Source of the DNA: Octopus bimaculoides
Taxonomy: Eukaryota
Direction of reading: 5' to 3'
Assembly (NCBI RefSeq): GCF_001194135.2
Contig: NC_068981.1
Coordinates: 105,337,901 to 105,401,900 of the forward strand
DNA: 64,000 nucleotides
Every line of letters begins with the position of its first letter. The first letter of the stretch is position 1. A program made the translations under genes and the position numbers. The notes below the pieces were generated by a model that saw only the letters and a program-made list of their open reading frames with translations, did not search any database and was not told the origin of the DNA. Of this stretch, positions 11,601 to 24,920 are shown in pieces.

Positions 11601-12536
11601 AATAATTAATATTCAACTGTTGAATCACAGTAAATAAAAATCATAAACTATATAATTTTAATTATTATTGCTTACAATGTAACTAAACAGGGTATAAGGT
11701 TTCTCTTTTTCACTACAAAACTGGCTGGACAAATCAAAATTGATGCTTATAGAAAGAAGTCACAGACATCCTTAATAGTGAATTCAATAAACTGTGATGG
11801 CAGCTGCTCCATATATTGTCTTGTGAAGGCAATGGCCAGGGAAATGTAATGAACAAAGCACGTCACACTTGCCTTTATAAGTACACAAACACACTGGATT
11901 GTGGTTGCAACCTAGAACTACGAGAAAAGGGCTTGAATGAAGGCAACCTAGAACTATGAGAAAAGGGCTTGAATGAAGAAAATTATTTCATCATCATCGT
12001 TGTTTGACGTCCAGCTTCAATGCTATCATGATCCTTTTCTTTAGTTCACCTTTTTTCCGCCTCCTCCTCCTCTCTTTTAATTCAAGTCTCAGTCTTCATA
12101 AACTTTGCAGTTAAAAATCTTTCAAAACCTCATATCACGAATTGAAACACACCACAAACAAAACTAAATTTTTTTATTTCCATAATTATTACCAACAAGT
12201 AACAACAAATGTTTCAGTTATAAGTTTTACCTTTCAAGTTAAGCCGTAGAGAGCTCCTTTTCCTTGGAAAAGCATTGTCTCCCATTACAGCTGTGAGCAA
12301 CACTTCATGTCTTAAGTACCTTTACTTAAGATACATTACACAGCTAATAACAAGATGTACACCACTGAGCCTTCAGTCAACACCAATTATCTAATTTCAT
12401 TTCAATAGCAATAAAATAAGAAGATTAAAATTAATATTTCATAAATTTATCACATATAACCACACTAATTTTTTCTTTTAGACTAATTTATTTTTTTCTT
12501 TTAATGAAAATAATAATGTAACTTTTCTTCATTCTT

Positions 12537-12702
12537 TTATGGTGAAAGTCTTTCAATAATCCAATCGCCTTCACCTTCATGGCTAAGTTCTGGGTCTAGT
12601 ACTTCATTAGGCAACTTTTGCCGAAATCGTAATCTATCGTGTAGTCTGTTAGTCTGCCCCTGCCAGAACTCAATTACATCTGGTTTCACAAAGTAGCCGC
12701 CC
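12537..12702 (-). CDS. PNPO: Pyridoxine/pyridoxamine 5'-phosphate oxidase, exon 7 (last)
   Basis: (W)[26 protein letters not shown]...DWIIERLSP*. Acceptor tattacag, stop TAA at 12539-12537, candidate AATAAA at 12492-12487. Confidence 0.97.
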
Positions 12703-13887
12703 CTGTAATAACAAAAAAAAATAATAATAATAATAGATTAAGTGTACCAATGACTACAAGGGAAATAATTAAGATGCTTTTTTTTTTTTTTTTTTTTACT
12801 ATCACATCACATGGATAATGATTTCTCACATTTGCAAAACACCACAATTTGTAAGGACTCAGTGGATGTTGTTGATTTAATCAAGTCCAGTATGTAACTA
12901 ATAATTATTTTATTGATTCTGAGAGGGATAAAATGTAAACTTTACACTAAAGGTTTTTAACTCGAAATGTAATCAAACACTGCAAAATATTTGGTATAGC
13001 CCTCTACAATCTACCATTATATCATCTTAGCTTTGGATAATAAAAATGTTTTATATTAGTTCACGTTTATTTTATTGACACAATGTGGATGAAAATGCAA
13101 AGTCAATCCCAATAGCTTTTGAACTCAAAATGTGGAAGGCTGTCATTTAATACTGTAAAGCATCTTGTTCAACACTATCATTTTTATCATAGCAATGTGC
13201 TTTTATATCTTAAGTAATATTACTGTTTATATCCATCTCTTACATGCCTAATTAATTTAATGAGGAATAAACCATTTTACACAAACCATTATATGCAACT
13301 CATTACTAGGATCCACTGGGCCAAGACAGTTCAGAAGAATTTGCTCTTAGGCTCAAAGCTGGGATGTTTTTTTTCTTAACTAATAAGAGCACTCAGCAAT
13401 GTAATCCAATGCTTTATCATGTCTGTAGTCAAGGCATTTAATTCTGATAAGCCCATGTAACCCTAAGTACAACAGTAACATAATTTGGTGTAGTAATGCA
13501 AAATTGATGAGCAGTTCCTAGACTTTGCTTGCTGTCCATCCTTACACTGTGTTTTTGGAAATGCTTCTGGAGCATTTTTATATTACAAAATATTTGGCAG
13601 AACTGCATTGCCCTCTTGTAATTTTTGCCTAGTTAGTTACATTATGTGAAGAAACTAATGTGAAATAGCTTCTTTACTGGTTCATATGAAATTTTATTGC
13701 TGTAATAGGATACAGAAAAATATTATAACTATATTCACTGAAAATTACTTTAGCTTACATAGTTCAACCCTTGTCAGCATGGAAGATGGACATTAAATGA
13801 TGATGATGGTGGTGGTGGTGGTGGTGGCAGCAGAGGAGGAGGAAAAGAAGAAGATCAACTGTAACAAAACTATAATTAAAATCATAC

Positions 13888-13961
13888 CAGTATTTTGGTT
13901 TGGGAATCAATTCTGCATTTTCATATTTCTTTTGAATCTCAGCATACTTGTTCATCAAGTG
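13888..13961 (-). CDS. PNPO: PNPO exon 6
   Basis: HLMNKYAEIQKKYENAELIPKPKY(W); acceptor ttttag, donor tg|gtatga; phase 0 to 2. Confidence 0.93.
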
Positions 13962-14798
13962 CTAAAAAATTGAACAACATAAGATATTTTATAGCAATAA
14001 GAAAATGCAAACATTTTTTATGTAAATGCAAATAATCACTGTACAAAAACCCAATTACAAAGATCTTCAATTTGGAAATATCAGCAAAGGATAAGAAATT
14101 TAATTTGGATGGTACATTTTTTTCATCCAATAATTTGCTACAGACATCTATTTCATGACGAGTTGATTGCTAAGAGTACAGAGAATGTGTAATGTTTATA
14201 TCATTGACCTTAGATGGATGAAAGGCTAAGTCAACCATGGCAGTATGAGAACTTGTAATATAAAAAGGAAGAAAACAAAACACTGTCAGACATTTAGATT
14301 TTGTACACTACTGTTCCTGATGGTATAATCACGGGAGTGGTAATAGTAACAGCTGCAATTAGTTTTATAACCAGATTGAGTCAATAGTTACCCATTCAAT
14401 GAAAGAGTTGTGGTTTCTCACGACCTTATATCAAACCACAGGAGAAATAAGTACAAATGAAACAACTCAAATTTATAGTGATGTTGCTTCCTAGAGTTTA
14501 GATCTAATCTACCTTCTAAACTTACTTAGAGCTAGTTGGTGTGCCTTGGTTACAGACAAAGTACTATGGAGGCAATGGTGTACAAACTACTAACCTCTTA
14601 ACTGGTTACCAAATACCCTGTCAGCTTGGCTGTTCATGTTCACAGAGTAAAAAGATATAAAAATTAACATGGCCAAAACTAAAGGATTAATTAGTAGCAG
14701 AGACCACAAAAGTTTAGTACTAACAAAAAAGTGACCTAGCAAGGAAATCAAGAAATTAGTTTGCATGTGCTTAATACTGTCTAGTTATTGTGAGCAAC

Positions 14799-15143
14799 TT
14801 GTGGGGGCGCAATGGCCCAGTGGTTAGGGCAGCGGACTCGCGGTCATAGGATCGCGGTTTTGATTCCCAGACCGGGCGTTGTGAGTGTTTATTGAGTGAA
14901 AACACCTAAAGTTCCATGAGGCTCCCGCAGGGGATGGTGGTGAACCCTGCTATACTCTTCCACCACAACTTTCTCTCACTCTTACTTCCTGTTGTGCCTG
15001 TAATTCAAAGGGTCAGCCTTGTCCCACTATGTTAAGGGTACACATGTTTGTGGAGTGCTCAGCCACTTGCACGTTAATTTCATGAGCAGGCTATTCCATT
15101 GATCAGATCAACTGGAACCCTCGACGGAGTGCCAACAACAACA
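14799..15143 (+). mobile_element. Full-length tRNA-derived SINE with 12-bp TSD
   Basis: tRNA-like head with A box (TGGCCCAGTGG) and degenerate B box (GTTTTGATTCC), (CAA)n tail, flanked by ATTGTGAGCAAC at 14787-14798 and 15144-15155. A diverged relative is at about 22017-22325. Confidence 0.85.
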
Positions 15144-15456
15144 ATTGTGAGCAACAAATATATAAAAACTACTATAGGATGTCTGGCAAATAGGAAACTA
15201 ACAGAGATTCAAAACTAAATGCATCAGAGGAACTGGAATAACTAGCAATGTAACTGAAAAACTTCATGTGTAATAGGGACTTCTTTCACTAAAATCAACA
15301 TTAAAATTAAGAATACATAAAATACATGGTATTAAACTTCAAACTTTCCCCACCCATTTTTAAAAAAATCCCAATAAAGGATGTTTTTAATTATTAATCA
15401 TTTTTAATACATGGTATTAAACTTCAAATTTTCCCCACCCATTTAAAAAAAAATCC

Positions 15457-15825
15457 TAGTAGCTGTGTGGTAAGAAGTTTGCTTTCCAACTACATGGTTC
15501 CAGGTACAGTTCCACTGCATAGCACCTTGGGCAAGTGTCTTTTATAGCCCTGGGCTGACCAAAGCCTTGTGAGTGGATTTGGTAGATGGAAACTGAAAGA
15601 AGCCCATCATGTATGTATATATTTATGTGTGTGTGTCTTTGTGTCTGTGTTTGTCTCCCACCATTGCTTGACAACTAGTATTGGTGTGTTTACATCCCTT
15701 TAACTTAGTCATTCAAGAAAGGGGACAACAGAATAAGTCCTAGATTTAAAAAAAATAAGTCCTAGGGTCAATTTGTTTGACTAAAAACCTTTCAAGGCAA
15801 TGCCCCAGCATGGCTGTAGTCAAAG
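15457..15825 (+). mobile_element. tRNA-derived SINE, family A (OK-like octopus SINE)
   Basis: gctgtgtggtaagaagtttgct...ggttccaggtacagttccactg...ccttgggcaagtgtc...gtgagtggatttggtaga, internal (TG)n, tail ccagcatggc. Further copies at about 16821-16980 (+) and 33672-33825 (+). Confidence 0.85.
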
Positions 15826-15993
15826 GCAAAAGGTAGACATAAATTTATTTTATATAAAATGAGGCATACAAAAACGAATATATATATTTAAATGGATTAT
15901 CTACAATTGCAGCAGTTGAATAATACTGTGTTATAAATGGTATTGTGGGCTCAAAAATTGTACATAGTAGCAATACATTTATTATAAGTAACT

Positions 15994-16204
15994 TTAACCC
16001 TTTTGATGCCAACCCACCTGAAATCTATGATACAAATTCCATTTTAAAGTAATCTCAATTAAAACCTTCAATCAAACTTTCATGTTAATTTATACTCCAG
16101 ACTGAATAATGACAAAGTTATATTTCTAAATTCTTCATTATTTTCAAAATCAATTGAAATAAAGGCAGTGCATTTCAATGTATTTATGGTAACAAAAGTG
16201 TTAA
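15994..16204. mobile_element. TTAA-flanked MITE (piggyBac-type)
   Basis: TTAA-CCCTTTTG ... CAAAAGTG-TTAA termini. Confidence 0.55.
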
Positions 16205-16976
16205 AGTAAAAACTACCAATCACCCAGATAGACAAATACACGTAATAGATGACATCTTAATATCTATTCAATCAACCATCAATTTACATTCATCTAATCA
16301 CCTCTCTCTGCATACATGTACCAATATTCTTGAGAGTCATTTATTTTCTCAACTCAATTTTGTTCAGCTTCCAACTTTTCTTGTAAATTATTATTGCATA
16401 TCCAACAGGTCATGCTGAATTTATTCCTCTCTAATTGCTATGAATATGCATACATAACATGGGAACTACTCAAGTTATGTAACAACCACATCACATCACA
16501 CTTTTCCATACCATGCTCTTTCTGTGAAGAGAGGAACTCATTGTTTACTTTCACAGTTTTCCTCATTAATCCTAGTTTATATGCTATTCTTTGCTCCTGC
16601 TGTAAATATTATGCACTATCTTTATTCTAATCACAAACTGTAATTGTAGCTGCAAAATATATCTGCTGATTAGATCTTTTATTCTAATTGCAGTTACACC
16701 AAACAAAATTTTACTGCAATTTTCGTGCAATCTGAACTGACCTATTTTGTCATATGACTATACAAATCTGATATCATTTTAATGAACACTCTTTTGAAAG
16801 AATAAATATACTAGTATAATGGGCACAGGCATAGCTGTGTGGTAAGAAGATGCTTTCCAACCACATGGCTTTGGGTTCAATTTCACTGCAAGACATCTTG
16901 GGTGTCTTCTACTATAGCTTTAGACCAACCAAAGCCTTGTGAGTGGATTTGGTAGACAGAAACTGAATGAAGCTTG

Positions 16977-17028
<52 letters not shown>

Positions 17029-17031
<3 letters not shown>

Positions 17032-17178
17032 GTTAGGAAGGGCATCCAGCTGTAGAAACTCTGCCAAATTAGATTGGAGCCTGGTGTAGCCATCCGGATG
17101 CACCAGTCCTCAGTCAAATCGTCCAACCCATGCTAGCATGGAAAGCGGACGTTAAACGATGATGATGATGATGATGAT
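17029..17178 (+). mobile_element. RTE-type LINE 3' end fragment; near-identical copy at 17733..17880
   Basis: ggcgttaggaagggcatccagctgtagaaactctgcc...catgctagcatggaaagcggacgttaaac(gat)n, the same 3' family as the element at 53183 that retains the ORF C-terminus. Confidence 0.8.
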
Positions 17179-17200
17179 ATATACACACACACACAACATA

Positions 17201-17698
17201 CTGTTCCATGATGGTAAGATCAACAAAAAAAGTACTCCATCTGGTGAAAGATAAATATTGTTTAATAAACACAATACATGTTTTTATGTGCCACTAATAG
17301 TTTCTTGTACTGAGAACATGCCAAACCAATTTTTGTAACACATCTGACATCTCAGCACAGTCATCAGGCACAGCCCACATGGCATAACGAACTATACAGT
17401 ATTTAATAAAAAAATATATATTTTTTTATGAGCTACTAATAGTTTCATACTATGAAAACATCTCAGACCGCATTTTTTAACACATCTGGTGCCCTCACGC
17501 AATCCTCAAGCTGTGCCCATATGGCATAACGAGCCTGAGGACTTTGTGAATGCACTAGACATGTTAAAAATTGCTGTCAGAGATGTTTTCATCACATGAA
17601 ACTATTAGTAGCTCATAAAATATATATATTGCATTATTAACTAATATTTCTCTCACCAGATGGAGTACTTCTTTTGTTCATCTTGCCATCATGGAAAG
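17201..17698. mobile_element. TA-flanked MITE with about 55-bp TIRs and a nested internal inverted repeat
   Basis: TA|CTGTTCCATGATGGTAAGATC...GTACTCCATCTGGTG versus CACCAGATGGAGTAC...CATCATGGAAAG|TA; inner arms at about 17424-17464 and 17580-17620. Confidence 0.8.
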
Positions 17699-17883
17699 TA
17701 CTCTAAGCACCCACTACACTCTCTGAGTGGTTGGCGTTAGGAAGGGCATCCAGCTGTAGAAACTCTGCCAAATTAGATTGGAGCCTGGTGTAGCCATCCA
17801 GTTGCACCAGTCCTCAGTCAAATCGTCCAACTCATGCTAGCATGGAAAGCAGACGTTAAACGATGATGATGATGATGATGATA

Positions 17884-18771
17884 TATAGAATAAGTTTTGG
17901 GATCTGAAAATGTACCTGAATCTGAAAAATGTGTAGTTGTTTTAAACAGATTTATCCACATACCAAACTAGTTTCAACAATTTTTTGTTTATCAATGTTA
18001 CAAATATATATAAAACAAGGGGGGTTTTTGTAGAGTCTAAAATTACAAGGCAAAAATCAGACAAACATGTTTAAAAATCAAATGTTCACAGAAATTTCAA
18101 TGGGTTTCACAAGGATAGAAAATAATCTAAGTAAATGTTCAGCGAAGATCATAACAAATGTACATTGTCGAACGTTCAGTTATATTGAGTTTTTATAGAA
18201 TATGCGGAGAAGAGAGAACAGAAAAAAAGATTTTTTTTACAATTTCTGTTGTAGTGTGTGTAGTTCTTTTTTCTTCATGTACTGGTCTCTTCACTTTTGG
18301 CAAATTTTTTTTTTTTTTTTTTTTTGATGTATAAATTACCAGGAAAAGCAAAGAGACCAGTACATGAAGAAAAAAGAACTACATGCACCACGAAAGAAAT
18401 TGTAAAAAAAAATTTTTCTTTCTCCCTCTTTTTTCTCTCTTCTCCATGTATTCTATAAAAACTCAATATGACCAAATTTTCAATAATGTACATTTGTCAT
18501 GATCTTTGCCAAACATTTACTTTGATATTTTCTATTCCTGTGAAACTCATTGAAATTTCTGTGAACGTTTGATAGTTTAAACATGTTTGTCCAATTTTGA
18601 CCTTGTAATTTTAAACTCTGCTAAAATTCCGCTTGTTCTATACATATTTGTACCATTAATAAACAAAAATTTGTCATAACTAGTTTGGTATGTGAATAAA
18701 TTTATTTAAAAACAACTACATGTTTTTCATATTCAGGTGCATTTTCAAAACCCAAAACAAATTCTCCTATA
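17884..18771. mobile_element. About 890-bp foldback (palindromic) element
   Basis: The left arm (about 17884-18290) is the reverse complement of the right arm (about 18345-18771) along its whole length, e.g. catgtactggtctctt / aagagaccagtacatg; poly(T) loop. Confidence 0.9.
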
Positions 18772-18910
18772 TTTTTTCCTGCATGAGAATAAACTTCTTT
18801 CCATTTCACTTCCCGAGCATTATACTAATACATCTGTTTGCTTTCTATACCACCTGTCTTCGTCTTTTGTTTGTTTTTGTGAAATTTCCCCCTATATATA
18901 CATATATATA

Positions 18911-20489
18911 TCGTAAAAACCCATGTAATTTGCGCACCTGTGTAATTTACGCAGGTGATTTTCAGGATAAAAATTGTTAAAAAAAAAAGCTTCTACACAT
19001 GAAAAATTTGCAACCAAAAGTTTTCAGAATTGCTGATATGCCCAGGGAAAAAAGTTTTCAATTTAGTTGTATTTAGCATAATTTCACTTACTTATGATTA
19101 GATTTTATTAAATTTTCATTAAATAAAAATAATTTCTGTTTAACAGGTATCACATTGAAAGCTATTAAATTACAAAGTGTTTGTGTTTCTAATAAACTTT
19201 ATTTTACATTTCTTGCCCACAAGAGATTATGTCTGATCTTTAGCATACTGCTGTATGTCTTCTCAAATCACGATCACAGGAAAAGTTGTTGATAATTCTT
19301 ATCAACACAAACAAAGCTGATAAATACGCAGAGATGTTGCAAATTAAATTTAATTACCAATAAACATCAGCTTGGATGACACTTTACTCAACCAACAGAG
19401 GAAGGTGACTGATCAAACTGATTATATAAACAGAATTCTGATTGGTTGAAAGTGTCTTCTTGTCTCAAGCTCTGACTTTCTGCCTATTCATGTCAGAACC
19501 TTAGATATGGAGTATTGAAATTTCAATCTCTTTCACACTTATAAAATGTCAAGCAAACTTAAAAATTTGTCATTACCATTTTAGCTGGGAGACCAAATTG
19601 ATAGTTTGGTAACTCGCTAAAATAAACATTAAAAATCGAAAGGAGAAAATAAACAGCTTTGCAAGTTTAGCTTAGTGTTTATTGAATAAGAGAGGTGCAA
19701 AATTTAAGAAGTGCCTTGTTAGAATATACATGTCTGTGAGGAGACATAAACAAGAATAACAAAAATCTACTATACCAAAAGAAATGGTAACACATACATT
19801 ACAAGTGTTCTGTGAAGAGAACATAAGACTGCTGCATAATTCAACATGAATGTGAAATGACATTAAACATCATATAAGGTAAATGAAGGTTTCTGTAGGA
19901 ACACTGAGTCATATTCACTTAGTGAGTTTACATGCACAAAGATAAATTATGATGTTGTTGTCAGCATCAGATGTAGTAAGAGCTGGTAGTGGAGATGTCG
20001 GCGGTGATGAATTTCATTGTCCTAATGCGGAGAAAACGAGCAGTAGCTTCCTGGAAGCAAACGCAAGCTAGACTTCTTAATTGGAGAAAAACTGAACTAT
20101 TTAACGAAATTGCTGGGCTCCAGTGTGATAGGTAGAAACTCCAAGCAATGTAAAATATGGCCTGGACCATGATTATCAGCATGAACATCAAACTTCAAAA
20201 AGTAGTTAACTATTTAATGGTTTTAGTAAATTTATACAGAAAAAGTAAGCATTATACCATCCAGCATTAATAAAAGTCAACTTCATTATATTTTCTCTGT
20301 AAAAACCTATTCTGACATTAAATGAATCAACTTCTGGTACGAATGTTTACATTTGTAAGTGATTTTTCAACAAAAGAAATTTCTAAAAAAATTCTGGAAA
20401 CGATCTACCCATGTAATTTACACACCCACTGAAGTTTATTTTTGTTTTTGCGAAAAAAAAAAGTGCGTAAATTACATGGGTTTTTACAG
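18911..20489. mobile_element. pogo/Tigger-like (Tc1/mariner superfamily) DNA transposon, decayed
   Basis: TA|TCGTAAAAACCCATGTAATTTGCGCAC ... GTGCGTAAATTACATGGGTTTTTACAG|TA, 27-bp TIRs with subterminal repeats; no intact transposase ORF. Confidence 0.75.
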
Positions 20490-20499
20490 TATATATTTT

Positions 20500-20880
20500 A
20501 GTTGTTTCAGTCATTAGATCCTGGGACACTACCTTGAAGAAATATAACCAAATGAATTGACCCCAGTACTTCTTTTAAGCCTGGTACTTATTCTATCCAT
20601 CTCTTTTGCCAAACCACTAAGTTACAGGGATGTAACAAACCAACACCAGCTGTCAAGTGGTGGTGGGAGACAAACACAGAGACACACAGACGCACACACA
20701 CACACACACACACACATGACGTGCTTCTTTCAGTTTCCATCTACCAAATCCATTCACAAAGCTTTGGTTGACCCAAGGCTATAGTAGAAAACACTTGTCT
20801 AAGGTGCCACACAAAGGGACTGAACCTGGAACCATGTAATTGGGAAGGTAACTTCTTAACACACAGCCATTCCTGCACCT
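20500..20880 (-). mobile_element. SINE family A, minus strand, followed by a plus-strand 3' half (about 20880-21110)
   Basis: Reverse complement of the family A head, body and tail; the adjacent tail half is in the opposite orientation. Confidence 0.8.
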
Positions 20881-21369
20881 GTGTGTTTGTGTGTTTGTCC
20901 CCCCCCCCCTACCATTACCACCACTATTTGTCAACTGGTGTTGGTGTGTTTATGTCCCCATAACTTAACGATTTAGCAAAAGAAACCAATAGAATAAGTA
21001 CCAGGCTTAGGAAAAAAAAAGTACTGGGGGTCAATTCATTCAGCTAAAAAATTCTTCTAGGCAGTGCTCCAGCATGGCCACTGTCTAATGATTGAAACAA
21101 GTAAAAGATGGACGATAATAAAGAAATGCTTATGTGCTCTGCTCAAGAACATTTGTTATTTATAATTTAGAACATGCTTCGGGGTAATGAATACTAAAAA
21201 AATGAATATTGAATTATTACATTAACAAAATAAATTTCTTTTTCATACAAAACCAATTCTGTAAGAGGAAGCCTCATTGCTGAATTAATAAATACCAGTA
21301 ACATAATATGTTATAATTTCCAGTAATGATAGCTTGTTAGATTTTATATTATAAAGAAGAATGACATAC

Positions 21370-21498
21370 TTCTCGACTTGGTATCACTGTACTCTGTATG
21401 GTAACCAGAGCGCCAAGCTGACTGTCTCGGGGTCTTTGATGAAAATATTTTTCTGATTCTTCTTCGGATATTTTATTAACTTTGCCATCAACTCTGAT
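21370..21498 (-). CDS. PNPO: PNPO exon 5
   Basis: IRVDGKVNKISEEESEKYFHQRPRDSQLGALVTIQSTVIPSRE; acceptor tttcag, donor gaa|gtatgt; 129 nt. Confidence 0.96.
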
Positions 21499-22326
21499 CT
21501 GAAACATTAAAAGTTCCCCCAAAATAAGTAAGTATTTAATTACTACACACACTGATCATATGAATATAAATTCTCAAATTCTCATATAAATTTTCACTAG
21601 ATTATTGTACAGTGAGAATAATGATGTAAAGAACTTATCCATCATTATGGAATGAAATTGGCAGAAATGAATGTGCATATAACATTTTATTTCAGATGTT
21701 TTTTCTTCACACTGTAACAACATTTATATATCTACCATTAATAACCATGCATGCATGAAAGACAGATATTAAACGATGATGATAACGATGATGAGACACA
21801 GTAACAACTTTTAAAACGAGGACCATATCGATTTGAAAAATGAAAATTGAAATTTAAAGAATCAACTAAGCTCTGACACATGTATTTCATTTTCTCAAAA
21901 TTTTTTTTATATCTCAATTTACATTTATAAGTCTACTGCAAACTATTTTTTATAAACGCGTGTGTGTGTGTGTGTGTGCACACGTGGGTATGCATGCATT
22001 TGTATATGTATTGCGAAGGCATGTGGCTTAACGGTTAGGGGTATTCGACTCATGATCATAAAGTTGTGAGTTCAATACCCGGTAGTGTGTTGTGTCTCTT
22101 GAGCAAAACGCTTTATTTCACATTGCTCTAGTCCACTCAGCTGGCAAAGATGAGTTGTACATGTATTTCATAGGGCCAACTTTGTCATAATCTGTGTCAC
22201 ACTGAATCTCCCTGATTCAACATATCTGTGGAGTGCTCAGCCACTTGCAAATTAATTTCACAAGCAAGGTGTTCCGTTGACTGGATCAACTGGAACCCTC
22301 ATCATTGTAACTGACGGAGTGCCAAT

Positions 22327-22358
<32 letters not shown>

Positions 22359-23325
22359 TGCACATGCATGTAACATATACATTGTTAAATATGCATCAAC
22401 GAGAAATTGTTGATAAACTGGTATTCAAACAAAAAATACATGTGTTATTAATTCCACTCAACTTGTCATCCCTTTATCTTTCTCACCATCGTAAATGCAA
22501 TGAATCACTGATTGGTCTATTACAAACCTATATCCAGCAACACTGTTGTTCACAAATGCATATCAATTTTTTTTAGAAATAACTGATTAATCATTGACAC
22601 TAATTCGTTGATAAAGTTGTAACAATATTGTTCTATAGTGATTACACAGCATTTTTAGAAGAGACAGTAACAACATGACAAATTACTTGTAATTAAAAAT
22701 ATTCTTTATGGGAAAATGAGTGATGTGGTTTATTGCTGAATACACTTCCTACTTCTAAACACTCAACTGTAAAGTAACAGTAACAAAACCTGTTAGTGAG
22801 CCAGGTGAACTGGAAAAGTGCAGTCATATTCCTGGCCCAGAAACATAATGATATGGTTGTTGCAAGGTTCAAACTAATGACCAATAATCAGTGGTCCAGC
22901 ACTATAACCTTAAAGCTATTTTGTCTCTTAATGCAAGGGTATACTGGGAAGTTACTTGGGGACTTCAGAGTTCTAAGGGCTCAATTCTGATCTATGCATG
23001 CTGTGATTTACTGTCAATAAACAAATACTATAAAGCCCAGTGCATGGATTTGCTGCTATATTTTTAAATAGGGAAGAATTTTAATAGTTGATAAACAGAA
23101 TACTTTAATTATGTTGATGCAACTAATAAGAATATCTTCAGGGATAGAACTGAAGATAGGAGTTGAAAGAAAATATAGCAGCCAAAAAATTACAAGACAA
23201 GAATATTCAAATGTCTATTACCATTTAATCAATAATAAAGTTGGTCCACACAAACAACCAATAAGAAATAGACCCCAGAAAAATTATTATGATAATGCTG
23301 ATTAAAATATTTTAAATAAACTTAC

Positions 23326-23379
23326 AGAACGATTTAAAGGTTCCCAATGCATGGAAAAACTGCAGAAAGGATTCTCTTC
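23326..23379 (-). CDS. PNPO: PNPO exon 4 (54 nt, below the ORF track threshold)
   Basis: EENPFCSFSMHWEPLNRS (compare vertebrate DSNPFASLVFYWEPLNRQ); acceptor ttttcag, donor tct|gtaagt. Confidence 0.95.
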
Positions 23380-23573
23380 CTGAAAACCAAAAGGTAAATA
23401 TTTGTTATCATGTTATTTGTCTTCATTAGAGTGTTAGACTGGCAGAAAACAGAAATAGTAAGATGAACAACTTAGTAACATAGCATTTAGTGTTCAACTG
23501 CTGTACTCTAAGTTCATATTCCACCATGATCAACTTCATTTTCATCCTTCCAGGAGTTAATCAATAAAAATAA

Positions 23574-23963
23574 GGCACAAGAGTGGCTGTGTGGTAAGTA
23601 GTTTGCTTACCAACCACATGGTTCCGGGTTCAGTCCCACTGTGTGGCACCTTGGGCAAGTGTCTTCTACCTTGGGCCGACTAAAGCCTTGTGAGTGGATT
23701 TGGTAGACGGAAACTGAAAGAAGCCTGTCGTATATATGTATATATACATATATGTTTGTGTACCTGTGCTTGTGCCCCCCCCCCCCATATCGCTTGACAA
23801 CCGATGCTGGTGTGTTTACATCTCCGCAACTTAGTGGCTCGGCAAAAGAGACCAATAGAATAAGTACTAGGCTTACAAAGAATAAGTCCTGAGGTCGATT
23901 TGCTCGACTAAAGGCGGTGCTCCAGCATGGCTGTAGTCAAATGACTGAAACAAGTAAAAGAGA
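23574..23963 (+). mobile_element. SINE family A, low-divergence full-length copy
   Basis: gagtggctgtgtggtaagtagtttgc...ggttccgggttcagtcccactg...ggcggtgctccagcatggc...gactgaaacaagtaaaagag. Confidence 0.9.
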
Positions 23964-24920
23964 GTTGTCATATACTTGAATCAGTTCAGTTGACATCACC
24001 ATCTTCTATGAATTTGCAGCCTCATATAAATATATAAAATAGAGATAAGTATTCACTGTTTCAGCTGCCTTGGGGTGATTCATATTTCCCTCAGAAAAAA
24101 AAAGGACAAATTATAACTTAGTTAAAACTTAGTTAATATTTATTAGAAATCTTTACTAAGGAAAAAAAATAACTCTCAAAATCTTAGATATATAAGAACT
24201 TTTGTTTGATAAAAAGAGCTAAACCCATTGAGATCAAGGCAAAAAAATAATGCTTCGTTACTGCTTAGATAGGCCAATATGGATAATGCTCAATTTGGAC
24301 TTTTGCCATTTAATAATAATAGGGAAACATGGTAGATGACTGCAGTTCTAGGCATAAAGTGTTGGGTTAAGGTAGAGGTTTGTGGGTGAAATATAGTACA
24401 GATAACAAGGAAAAGACGTGGGAAACTAAGTATACTTGAGTACAAGTGGCATAGAGTTCAACTATATACTTTCTCTATAATGACATTGCATATTTAATAT
24501 CCACGATTTAGATTTGTTATCTATGCTTATCTGCCTACTTTCTCCATTACTACATGCTTAAAAACAAATTTAAACTGGTTATCTGGGTTTTGCTACTTAT
24601 TAGCCTTCTTAATGGCTACATTCTGTATTTAGTAACCACATCATGGCTCTGATAACTTTGTATTCAGAGACATCATTTCTGATCATTGTAGCTTGATGAC
24701 ACTGAAGCTACAAAGAAAATAAAACTAATTTTCTGTATTTTATGTTCTACCTAACCAGTTACATAATAAAGAGTCAATCTTTATTGCATTTCCCCACCAC
24801 CATCACACACATACAAATACTCGCGCGCGCACACACACACTGAAGTTCAAATCAATTTTAATTTCAGAGTTATCTCCCTTAGTTAATTACAATTTTTTTT
24901 TTTTTTAGGGTAATTTAATA

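Noticed and set aside
11907-11978. 36-bp direct repeat of CRISPR-like length
   Set aside because: Only two adjacent copies, no spacer, no cas genes, eukaryotic context; a simple tandem duplication.
13764-13887. Read-through of PNPO exon 6 into a His10-encoding tract
   Set aside because: The tract is the (GAT/GGT)n tail of a decayed RTE 3' end in intron 6. A good GT donor at 13887 and a matching-phase exon 7 exist.
14803-14878. tRNA-like sequence
   Set aside because: It is a SINE head: it continues into a SINE body with a (CAA)n tail and 12-bp TSD, and lacks a proper acceptor stem.
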